A DNA stretch of 59,205 nucleotides, filler included. It is 4 parts of 4 records of this genome, joined end to end, with 100 filler letters (N's around TTAATTAATTAA, not from the genome) between each part and the next. Parts side by side here need not be neighbours in the genome. Positions count along the whole stretch, not along the records: positions 17,374 to 44,451 come from DRR723986_8562; 3 more parts are not named here. One strand, written 5' to 3'. Shown here one piece after another: positions 31,831 through 40,627 of the stretch. The translations under genes and the position numbers were made by a program. The notes beneath the pieces were generated by a model. The model did no database searches. It was not told the origin of the DNA and saw only the letters and a program-made list of their open reading frames with translations. The first letter of the stretch is position 1. Each line of letters starts with the position of its first letter.

Positions 31831-32551
31831 TTCTTTTGTTTTCAAAAATACGTCTCACCTCTTCCTTATAGGTTCTACTCATAGTTATCATATCCCCTGA
31901 GACTAGCTCACATTCCTCCGGATGAAGTCTGCTCACTTTTAGAATATTTACTGCATAAGATTGATGCACCCTAACCATATATCTGGACCGGAGTTTCTTC
32001 AGACTTTCCAAGAAGGAAGAAGGCATAGAAAATTCGCTTCCATCATCCAGCTTTACGATGGACTTTTTGTTCTGCTGTTCCAGGTATAAGATTTTTGAGG
32101 GATTAAATACCTGATGTCGATATCCAAGTTTATCGCTTATCACCCGAATTTCTCCCTCTATTTCCTTTCTGACCCAGTACAGGGTGTCCAATTTCTTCTT
32201 TGCCTTTTCCAGGGCCTCAGCCAGATCAACAGATTCAGGTGGTTTCTCCAAAAAATGAAGCGCTTCCACTTTATACCCCTGGATAGCATATCTTGAGTGA
32301 CCTGAACAAATGATCACCGGGATCCCTGAATCTATCAGTTTTCTTGATATTTCCAGTCCGCCCAGCTCAGGCATTAAAATATCAGTTATCAGGATGTCCG
32401 CCATTCCATCGCGGGCATATTCCAAGCCCAAGAAGGGGTCGGAAGTAGCAAACCCAATCTCATAATCCGGTAGCATGGAGATTTCTTGGATCAGGATATC
32501 CAATATATGCTCCTCATCGTCTATCAGACCTATTTTGTATCGTTTTCGCAT
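31823..32551 (-). CDS. LytR/AlgR family response regulator
   Basis: IDDE, DILMP, FLEKP receiver motifs; VRVHQSYAVN LytTR motif. Confidence 0.9.
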   Translation of the reverse strand: MRKRYKIGLIDDEEHILDILIQEISMLPDYEIGFATSDPFLGLEYARDGMADILITDILMPELGGLEISRKLIDSGIPVIICSGHSRYAIQGYKVEALHFLEKPPESVDLAEALEKAKKKLDTLYWVRKEIEGEIRVISDKLGYRHQVFNPSKILYLEQQNKKSIVKLDDGSEFSMPSSFLESLKKLRSRYMVRVHQSYAVNILKVSRLHPEECELVSGDMITMSRTYKEEVRRIFENKRIN

Positions 32552-33629
32552 AATGTATTGTAAGCTGTAAGGAATAATTTGACTCGTCTGACTCTACCCT
32601 ATAGTGAAATCCATCGCCGAATTCATATTCCAACACACGGAAAACAGCAGAGGCTCCAAAGCCTGAACGAAATTTTATCCCTCTATTCTGAACTTTGTTG
32701 GCAATGTTAACCCTGAATACCCACTCCATAGAAGGTTCTTCCTGAACAAGCAGAAACTTAATACTGCAGGGGTGGTCCACATTAGAATAATCCCCATGAA
32801 AAAATACATTTTCCACCAAGGTAAGGAGACATAACTTGGGCATGGGCAGCATTTTTGAAATTGGGGCTACCTCAATGACTGCAATTAATGAAAGCTTTGG
32901 AAACCGCATTTTCTGGATTTGGAGGTATTTGTCCACCGCCTTTATTTCCTCATTCAGGAAATTGGGCTCAGCAAATCCCTTAAAACTATACCTGAACAAA
33001 AAAATCAGGCTGATAAATTCCGTTCCCAGAGCAGGAGAAAGTTTTATTATTTTAGACAGGTAACTACTTAAGGAATTCAACACAAAATGGGAACTCAGCT
33101 GCATGGACCGATGCGTTACCTTCAATTGTTCGTGCTTGATTTCCACATCATATTTACTCTTCCCTAGATCAAGGTTATAGTAGTAAGCCCACACCACAGA
33201 GGTTAAGATCAAAAAATTGAAGAGCCTGTTGAATTCATTCACAAGAAAACTTTTGGACAAAGAAATTTCACCCAAAAACACCTGATGTACCCACAGTTTC
33301 ACAGCTACCAAAACGGAAAATAAGATCAGAAAATATACCATCGCCCGAAGCCTTCTTGTTTGGTTGACAAATTCCGGGAGAACCAACTTGAAATACATGG
33401 CACAGGTCAGATACCCTGTAATAAAGTGGTACTGTGCCATTGCCAATCCGTCGATTTCACCGTATTCTATCAAGGTCAAAACCAGATCCACAAAGGCATA
33501 AAAGAGAAAAATTAGGAAAAGTAAGTAGAGAGGATATTTTGTCGGATGTGCAAACTTGTCAATTACACCCCAAAACCAGCCACTTTCGTCGGATCGGTCA
33601 GACCCATTCATAGTATTACTAGCTTCCAT
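32514..33629 (-). CDS. LytS-family sensor histidine kinase
   Basis: four TM helices, QLSSHFVLNSL H-box, TLVENVFFHG N-box. Confidence 0.85.
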   Translation of the reverse strand: MEASNTMNGSDRSDESGWFWGVIDKFAHPTKYPLYLLFLIFLFYAFVDLVLTLIEYGEIDGLAMAQYHFITGYLTCAMYFKLVLPEFVNQTRRLRAMVYFLILFSVLVAVKLWVHQVFLGEISLSKSFLVNEFNRLFNFLILTSVVWAYYYNLDLGKSKYDVEIKHEQLKVTHRSMQLSSHFVLNSLSSYLSKIIKLSPALGTEFISLIFLFRYSFKGFAEPNFLNEEIKAVDKYLQIQKMRFPKLSLIAVIEVAPISKMLPMPKLCLLTLVENVFFHGDYSNVDHPCSIKFLLVQEEPSMEWVFRVNIANKVQNRGIKFRSGFGASAVFRVLEYEFGDGFHYRVESDESNYSLQLTIHYAKTIQNRSDRR

Positions 33630-33902
33630 GACACCAAAAAATCACATGTTATGATCAACAAACAAACTATCGAGGAATGCCAGAGGGCACTCGGATCCAT
33701 CAGGAAAATCAGTTATCAGAAAAAAAGCAACAGCACAACCGGTAAGGTAACAGGAAGCTTCTTCCGGGAGTGTCGTACCACGATTACACGTGTTTGAGCT
33801 TAAAATTGAGCTGACCTGATGTAGAATGACTTCTACTGAAGTCCGCCAACTGCACCGGATATTTTTAAGGTAAATCAGTATCCCAAAAATCTTCCGGTTT
33901 CC

Positions 33903-33930
33903 AAAACCTGCCACTGTGCAGGTTTTTTTT
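33903..33930 (+). terminator. intrinsic terminator-like hairpin
   Basis: AAAACCTGC-CACTGT-GCAGG-T8. Confidence 0.65.
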
Positions 33931-34339
33931 CTGCATGGCCCAAACCATGGACCAGTAATGCTAGCCTATTCTGATACTTTTTAGTAAACAAATGGGCGGA
34001 ACCCGTAAAGCATTAGTTGAAGTAACTATTTTCCAACCCCTTCCTGCCTATACAGCTTGATTAACAGGTCTTCAAAGTGATACACCCTATCATTCTATTA
34101 ATTCTCCACTACTAATAAAGAATGACTGTTTCCAAAAAAGTAAATGTACTTTAGAACAAACTAAGTTAATCATTATAAATCAGCGTTCAAAAATTTTTAG
34201 GAAAATTCCACATCCGATTAATCAACAGTAAGCTTATAGTTAAGGTATCCCAAAAGGCAATCCCACTCCCTGTTCGGGATATCCCAAACTACATAAATTC
34301 AAAAATCCACCTAGCTATACCAACTACTTATTCAAGTTG

Positions 34340-34376
34340 CCTGCGAATTTCACCAAAAACCCTGCAATGTTCGCCA
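34340..34376 (+). promoter_or_regulatory. putative LytTR binding site upstream of the mauE-like gene
   Basis: CCTGCgaatTTCaCCA / CCTGCaatgTTCgCCA direct repeat, 21-bp period. Confidence 0.5.
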
Positions 34377-34534
34377 TCTTCTTGCTTTAAGTTTCTCTTT
34401 CTCCCCACATTTACCCCAATACAAAAGAGCACATCTTTCGGTTATACCCCTTGGTTTACAGCCTATTGAAACCCAAAGGAGTTAAATCAGGATCATAAAA
34501 TTCACAGGAGTTATCCTGGACTAATCCTACTCAA

Positions 34535-34960
34535 ATGTACATGATATCAAAAATACCTTCAGCGCTATTGATCCTACTCTGGACTTACACCGGACTGGAC
34601 AAACTTCTCCGCTGGGAAGCAAACAGAAATGCTTTTCGCAACCAAACCTTTCCTGCGGAGCTGGCAGAAATATTATCCTATGCAATACCAATCACTGAGT
34701 TGCTGATTACCGGGCTCCTGCTCTTTACAGTTACTAGATGGTGGGGATACATAAGCAGTGCCCTCCTGCTCACTGTCTTTACCACCTATGTGGGACTGAT
34801 CTGGGTGGGAGCTTTCCCAAGGCTGCCGTGTAATTGTGCGGGCATTTTGGAGAGCTTGGGATGGGCGGAGCATTTCTGGATGAATCTGGGGTGTATCGGT
34901 ATTTCAGTTTATGGATTATGGACAGTTAATCAAAGAGATTCGATGCAAGTTAAGGATTAA
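34535..34960 (+). CDS. MauE/DoxX family redox-associated membrane protein
   Basis: L..YT...KL, P..EL, FT.Y, PCNCAG motif, H...N; four TM helices. Confidence 0.85.
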   Translation: MYMISKIPSALLILLWTYTGLDKLLRWEANRNAFRNQTFPAELAEILSYAIPITELLITGLLLFTVTRWWGYISSALLLTVFTTYVGLIWVGAFPRLPCNCAGILESLGWAEHFWMNLGCIGISVYGLWTVNQRDSMQVKD

Positions 34961-35100
34961 GAAGTACTGGTTAATAGGTTAAAAGTTTCGTAGTCACCAC
35001 CGTGCTTCGCATTAACCCATACCGAAACTTCACTAATAGGAGGAAGAATGTTACCTGTAGAAGGTTAGCTGCTTGATAGTTTGACTGAGTGTAAGCCAAC

Positions 35101-35193
35101 AAAAAAGCCCAAGACGATAGTCTCAGGCTTTCCTAGGGTTGTTAAGCTTTAATTATTAAGGCGGTAGCCAAATGCTACAACAATGCAAATATA
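35101..35193 (-). ncRNA. candidate ~80-nt small RNA with its own promoter and terminator
   Basis: TATATTTG -7 box at 35193-35186, GTAGC/GCTAC hairpin, 12-bp terminator stem (2 G-U pairs) with U-tract; no ORF. Confidence 0.5.
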
Positions 35194-35357
35194 AGTAAAG
35201 AAGGCATAATACCCACATGAAGCAAGAGTAATCATCATAATAAAGGGCGACGGAAGTGGAGCCGTCGCCCACAGCCCAAGATTCTAAAGTACGGGCTGCA
35301 AAAAATAGCAGAAATAACAAATTCAAAGACCATCAGTCTTAGGAAATCAAACCATAA

Positions 35358-35575
35358 TTACCGCAGCGTCCATCTTCATGACTGGGAGCGAAGATGCCAG
35401 TCAACACTCGGCGGTGCAGGGATTCGAATCGACTCCCAAAACCGGGGAAACCCGGACGGTTCATCCGCTGACCCGGAGTTCTTGGACGGATTCCTCATGA
35501 AGGTTGAAGTCCCTGGAAGGGGCTCCGGATCAGTGGAACTGCGTAAAATCTATGTTCAACAGGGAGAAACCTCCC
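35358..35575 (+). ncRNA. candidate structured RNA / 5' leader of the small secreted protein gene
   Basis: 20-position stem 35464-35483/35518-35537 with G-U pairs, CCGGG-GAAA-CCCGG, closing helix, further hairpins. Confidence 0.5.
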
Positions 35576-35591
35576 ACTAACTGACCAGATT

Positions 35592-35885
35592 ATGAAATCA
35601 ATTAAAAATCTGCTCCCAGCACTAGGATTAGTATTCGGAGCAACCTTGGCCATGGCCATGAATGTACCGTCTATGGTAACAGAAAAAACTTCCACCAAAG
35701 TCTGGACCCCGGATTCTCATCCCGACTATGCGATGACCAACGGCTATCGTGAGATAACCAATGAGGAAATCCTTGTGGATTATGAATGCGATGAAAGTTC
35801 TCAGGAATGTGCAGTGGAGTTCGTCAATGACAATCCATTTGGCACCATAGAAAATCTGGAAGAAGGTACCTATGTCGCCTTATGA
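35592..35885 (+). CDS. small secreted two-cysteine protein (DUF6520-like)
   Basis: MK..K..LPALGLVFGATLAMA signal peptide, YEC-x6-C, own terminator. Confidence 0.8.
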   Translation: MKSIKNLLPALGLVFGATLAMAMNVPSMVTEKTSTKVWTPDSHPDYAMTNGYREITNEEILVDYECDESSQECAVEFVNDNPFGTIENLEEGTYVAL

Positions 35886-35897
35886 TAAAAGGTTAAT

Positions 35898-35928
35898 TCC
35901 CAGGGTAATTCTTCCCTGGGATTTTTTT
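35898..35928 (+). terminator. intrinsic terminator after the small protein gene
   Basis: TCCCAGGG-TAATTCTT-CCCTGGGA-T7. Confidence 0.85.
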
Positions 35929-37277
35929 CACCTTTCATTCTGCCTGATACCGGATAATACAATCTCATCATCAGGTATAGGATAGGTATACCTCAACGAA
36001 TTAGGCTCCAAGATATAGGACTCTCCATTCAAAGATTTTTGCAAGGTTACTGCATAATCCGCTTCCTGATTTATTCTTCTCAGATCAGTCCAACGGAGCC
36101 CCCTTCCGATCAACTCCCTTCTTCTTTCCTCTAGAATTAACCGGACCAACTCCTTTCCCCTTTCTTCCAAAGCAGGGATTTCATCACCAGTGATCCTTCT
36201 GGACAAGAACTCCCCCAACACCTCCTTAGCCCCGGAATCATCCCCCGTTCTGGCCAATCCTTCAGCCAGGTTCAACTCCAATTCTCCCACACTGATACCT
36301 CCAAACATACCAGTGGTACCGGAAAGCCTTCCTGTATAGGAGAGTCTATTTGGACCCACTGAGTCAAAATAAACCGGAAGACGAAGGTCATTCTCCCAAT
36401 AGGAAGCAGCCAGCAAAGTATCTACATATACTTCGGAAGACCTATTGAAAGAAACAGTCAACAAAGCGGAATAATACATGACCTCCTTACCCATCCGCTC
36501 AAAGGGAAAACGGGCAGTCTCGTCCGCTTCCCTAAAATCAAGCCGATCTGGATATAGCTTCAATGCTTCTCTTGCCGTAGCTGCAGCTGCCTGATAGTCA
36601 AATAGGGTCAAGTGCAGACGGGACAGCATTCCCAGTGCAGAAATTTTACTTGGTCTGGTTTTAGGAAGCTGAAAATCCGGTAAAAGGGTCACCGCTTCAT
36701 TCAGGTCATCCAGAACTTTCCTGTAACATTCCTCCAGATTGGATCGGAATGCCTCTTCATTGACATCTGGGCTATCCTTCAGCACAATCCCCAGCAACTT
36801 ATCATTTCCACCAGCCATCTGGTAAGGAGGGGCAAAGTACTGAAGCAACTGATAATAGGCATAAGCACGGTGAAACAAGGCCTCTCCCCTAAGTTCAGCG
36901 GATCCTACCCCTTCATTTTTATCCAAATCATCCAGTGCATCCAGTGCCACATTGGCATAAAACACCTGTTCGTAGGGAGAAATCCAGTCGCCTACATAGT
37001 CTCCCTGAAAAGGATCGTCCATCCAGAAATAAGAGCCTATCTGGTAAACGGATAAATCTGCCACGCCGGCATCAGCGAGATAATAGTTATCTGCTGCCAA
37101 TACCCCCAGCACGGGCTGCTCATTAAAAACATTTGAATTATCCAGAAGACTCCGCACATCTGCCAAGGTATTCACCACTACCAGATTCTGATTGGGCTTT
37201 TCATCCAAGTATCCCTCACAGCCCCATAAAAGCAGGCTGAATCCGAGCATTATTAATCTTATGTTTATTCTGTTCAT
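35928..37277 (-). CDS. RagB/SusD family outer-membrane lipoprotein
   Basis: lipobox LLWGC then YLDEKP; GEALFHRA, ERRREL..RGLRWTDLRR, YPIPDDEI...QN.R; start at MNRI. Confidence 0.93.
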   Translation of the reverse strand: MNRINIRLIMLGFSLLLWGCEGYLDEKPNQNLVVVNTLADVRSLLDNSNVFNEQPVLGVLAADNYYLADAGVADLSVYQIGSYFWMDDPFQGDYVGDWISPYEQVFYANVALDALDDLDKNEGVGSAELRGEALFHRAYAYYQLLQYFAPPYQMAGGNDKLLGIVLKDSPDVNEEAFRSNLEECYRKVLDDLNEAVTLLPDFQLPKTRPSKISALGMLSRLHLTLFDYQAAAATAREALKLYPDRLDFREADETARFPFERMGKEVMYYSALLTVSFNRSSEVYVDTLLAASYWENDLRLPVYFDSVGPNRLSYTGRLSGTTGMFGGISVGELELNLAEGLARTGDDSGAKEVLGEFLSRRITGDEIPALEERGKELVRLILEERRRELIGRGLRWTDLRRINQEADYAVTLQKSLNGESYILEPNSLRYTYPIPDDEIVLSGIRQNER

Positions 37278-37405
37278 CGTATTTAAGTCTAAGTTAAAAG
37301 GTGCCGTGGAGCCAGCTGGCTCCACAGCTAAGCCGGAATATTGTATTTTGGAGGTAATCACTCCTCCCCTTTATGAAGAAAGTCTCCGGCTACCTTTAGT
37401 TGTTG

Positions 37406-40400
37406 TTAAAAATCAAGTTGAATACCTACGGCTATGCTTTTTCTGGGTATCTGCCTTCCAAAATCCGGATCCCAGTCTGAATCGGTGGCTTTCCAGATCA
37501 TCCCCAGGTTATTGGCATAAAGGAAGATTTCTGACCGGCTAAATCCGGAGAAGAAACCATTACCCTTCTTTGGATGGCTATAGCCTAACCGGACATCCTG
37601 AAGCCGTATATGATCGCCTTTTTCGACCAGCACACTGCTGTTGCGATAGAAGGTATCCCTCAGGTTATCTATGGAAGCAGGCTGGGAAGGAATCTGGGTA
37701 AACAGTTCGTCTCCCGGATTCTGCCACCTCAGACCATAATCTGAATGCCCCCCCCTGCCCATCTGTATACTGCTGTACTGAACTGAAGTCCTTCTGAAAT
37801 AATAACCAAAACGGTAGGTGATATTGGCAGAAAGGCTGATCCCTTTAAAACTGAAGGTATTCCGCAAGGATCCAAAAGTTGTGGGTCTGGCAGGACCGTG
37901 ATAGACAATACTTTCCAGGCTCGCCTCATTGACCAGCGTACGGTAATCCTCGGTAGGCTCTCCATCAAGGAGGCCACGAGGAGCTCCAGTATCCGGGTTT
38001 AAACCAGCCCATGGCAGACTGTAGAAAGAAAACAGCGGCCTTCCTTCCACCGGATAGTTCACTCCCCCACCCCCTCCGGATGCTCCTCTGTCTAGAATAC
38101 TTGCTACCGGGGATTCTACCTCATAATCAGTCACTCTTTCCTTTAGGCCGGACAGCAAAAAGGCAGTATTCCATTTCAATCCTCCTTTTAGGTTTCTGGT
38201 GTTCATCTGCAGATCATAGCCTATTGTCCGCATGGAGGCATTATTACCGGTGAAGGTCAGTATACCTGCACTCGGGGGATAAGGGGACTGTCCGATCAGG
38301 TCCAGCCCGTCTTTCAGGTAAAACTCCAAAGTCCCGGAGATCCTGCCGTTTTTACTTTCCATGTCCAGCCCTAGGTTGGTGATCTTGATGCGTTCCCATC
38401 GCAGGTTTCGGTTAGGGGGATTGACAATCTGCGCATAAGGCAAATTGGTCAATGTATTTCTGGTCGCTATCCTTGCAGTGGTAAAGGCAGAAAGGCTTCG
38501 GTCCACATTGCCGTTATAACCGTAGGACAACCTGAGTTTTAGATAGGGCAAGCCCTCCCAGTTGTAAAAGTCTTCCTCACTGAGTGTCCAGCCCAGGCCG
38601 GCCGACCAAAGTGGTACCACCCGTTGGTTTGCCTCAACTCCAAATAGATTGGAAGCATCCTTCCGGGCGCTCAGGGTGAGCAGGTAGCGGTCTGAATAGG
38701 TAAGCGAGGCATTCGCAAACAGGGAATAAAAGCGGTCTGCCCCAGCCCCTACACCATCCGCATGGGTAACCGGAGACGTGATCAATGGAAAATTATACTG
38801 GGGAAAAACAGCTAGGTAATCCACTTTCTGGGTACTGCCCGTTTCTGCATTGTACCCGTACAGTCTTTGACTGGATGTTTCAAAATCGAGCATTTTCAAT
38901 TCTGCCCCAGCCAGAGAGTTAAATTCCCAATTATTATCCCAATCTCCCGAATATTCCACCATTGCCCTGGCTGAATGACTGTTAGAGAACCTGCTGGAAT
39001 GCTGTAAGATCCCGCCGTAGGGAATGTTCCGGATCAGGTTTCCGTTCCCATCGAATTCGCTGAACAAGTTGATCTCCTCCCTGGCGTAATAGCTGTCTTG
39101 GTCATACAGCCTTTCGCTGCGTGTGTTCATCTGCCAGTATTGATAGAGAATCCTGGCCTTCAACCCTTTGAGCAACGCATAATCCAGTCCCAGATTCAAT
39201 CTCCAGTCATCCAGATAATCCTTGGTGGGACTAAGCCCTATTTCATCCAGCGGAACGTAATCCCAGTCCAGCAGGCCTGCTGCTTCCGCTTCCCGCTTGA
39301 ATGAATTGTCAAACCTGTTGGTCAAGGCAAGCGGATTGCCATTTTCATCGGCCAGACGGGCATAGGGATACATGGACTGGGCCGAGGTAAAGCTCAGGTC
39401 ACCTGGTCCAGCATTCTGATCCACTTCCCGGCTTTTTGCCCCATAAAACCCTACTTGTACGCCCAGCTTATCGTTAACCAAACGGAAATCATTTTTCACA
39501 TTCAAGGTAAACCTGTTGTTTGAATTGCCTACCTCAGAGAGTCGCTGGTCGTCATAGCCCAAAGAAATGAGGTAGCTATGGGCAGAAGAACCGCCCGACA
39601 AACCCAAGCTATACTGCTGGTTCAGCTGTGGACGGTAGAGGTACTGCTGAATATCTTCCCGAAGGTCATAACTCCGGTAAGCGGCAATTCGGCGGTCAGC
39701 TTCCTCACCGCTGATCAGCCCTTTCCTCTCCTGGTAAAGTGTTTCCACCACCGGGGTGACCGCAGGACGTGTAGGATTGGAAAAGGTACTGTTGTAATAC
39801 CCTTTCTCAAAAAGCTCCTCTTCTATCGCTATAAATTCATCAATACCCATGACCGGGGAAAGGAAGGGGTCGGGCTGCTGGATCCAGTTGGAATTGGCTG
39901 TCAGGCTCACGTTCATTTCCTGATTCCGCTTACCTGACTTGGTGGTGATTACAATCACCCCATTCCCTGCGCGTGCTCCCCAGATAGAAGCGGCAGCCGC
40001 ATCCCGTAATACGGTAATGCTTTCCACATCATTGGGGTTGATGTCATCCAGGCTTCCATCATAAGGAAAATTATCAATGACAATCAAAGGTTGGGAAAAC
40101 ACCCCTAGTGTACTTCTTCCGCGGATGGAAATGGGGTCTCGCGTCTGATCCCCTGCCCTGTTGAAAATTAACCCTGAGGTCACATCTTCCAGCCTGTCCA
40201 CCAAATTGGTACTGACCCGCCTGTCTATCAGTTCCTCATCCAGCGGTACAAATGAACCTGAGGCACGGTCTTTTGGGATTTCCTGATAGCCTGTGGATAC
40301 CACCTCCACTTCATCCAGTCCCATTTCCATGGGTTCCATCTCCAGTAGAAGTACCTTCCCCAACGGTACCCTCACCTTTGTGGTCAGGGTTTTATATCCC

Positions 40401-40627
40401 ATAAAACTTACCCTGAGCTCGTACTCCCCAGCATCCAATTCCATCTGGAATTCCCCCTCCTCATCAGCCACCGAGGAGCCAATATCCGGCGTAATCAAAA
40501 CCAATGCACCGGCCATGGGAATGCCACTGCCTTTTTCCATTACCGTTCCTTGTAAGAACTCCTGCGCCTGCAAGGTCTGAAAAACAAAGACCATCAGACC
40601 AACCAATAGATATCGAAGAGTTCTCAT
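37406..40627 (-). CDS. SusC/RagA family TonB-dependent outer-membrane protein
   Basis: NPNDVESITVLRDAAAASIWGARAGNGVIVITTK signature; C-terminal Phe. Confidence 0.96.
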   Translation of the reverse strand: MRTLRYLLVGLMVFVFQTLQAQEFLQGTVMEKGSGIPMAGALVLITPDIGSSVADEEGEFQMELDAGEYELRVSFMGYKTLTTKVRVPLGKVLLLEMEPMEMGLDEVEVVSTGYQEIPKDRASGSFVPLDEELIDRRVSTNLVDRLEDVTSGLIFNRAGDQTRDPISIRGRSTLGVFSQPLIVIDNFPYDGSLDDINPNDVESITVLRDAAAASIWGARAGNGVIVITTKSGKRNQEMNVSLTANSNWIQQPDPFLSPVMGIDEFIAIEEELFEKGYYNSTFSNPTRPAVTPVVETLYQERKGLISGEEADRRIAAYRSYDLREDIQQYLYRPQLNQQYSLGLSGGSSAHSYLISLGYDDQRLSEVGNSNNRFTLNVKNDFRLVNDKLGVQVGFYGAKSREVDQNAGPGDLSFTSAQSMYPYARLADENGNPLALTNRFDNSFKREAEAAGLLDWDYVPLDEIGLSPTKDYLDDWRLNLGLDYALLKGLKARILYQYWQMNTRSERLYDQDSYYAREEINLFSEFDGNGNLIRNIPYGGILQHSSRFSNSHSARAMVEYSGDWDNNWEFNSLAGAELKMLDFETSSQRLYGYNAETGSTQKVDYLAVFPQYNFPLITSPVTHADGVGAGADRFYSLFANASLTYSDRYLLTLSARKDASNLFGVEANQRVVPLWSAGLGWTLSEEDFYNWEGLPYLKLRLSYGYNGNVDRSLSAFTTARIATRNTLTNLPYAQIVNPPNRNLRWERIKITNLGLDMESKNGRISGTLEFYLKDGLDLIGQSPYPPSAGILTFTGNNASMRTIGYDLQMNTRNLKGGLKWNTAFLLSGLKERVTDYEVESPVASILDRGASGGGGGVNYPVEGRPLFSFYSLPWAGLNPDTGAPRGLLDGEPTEDYRTLVNEASLESIVYHGPARPTTFGSLRNTFSFKGISLSANITYRFGYYFRRTSVQYSSIQMGRGGHSDYGLRWQNPGDELFTQIPSQPASIDNLRDTFYRNSSVLVEKGDHIRLQDVRLGYSHPKKGNGFFSGFSRSEIFLYANNLGMIWKATDSDWDPDFGRQIPRKSIAVGIQLDF

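Noticed and set aside
35160-35171. GGCGGTAGCC resembling the RfaH ops element
   Set aside because: Lacks the downstream TG of the consensus, there is no RfaH/UpxY gene nearby, and it is better explained as part of the minus-strand sRNA hairpin
35411-35440. GGGATTCGAATC resembling a tRNA T-arm or att remnant
   Set aside because: No cloverleaf, acceptor stem or anticodon arm can be built around it
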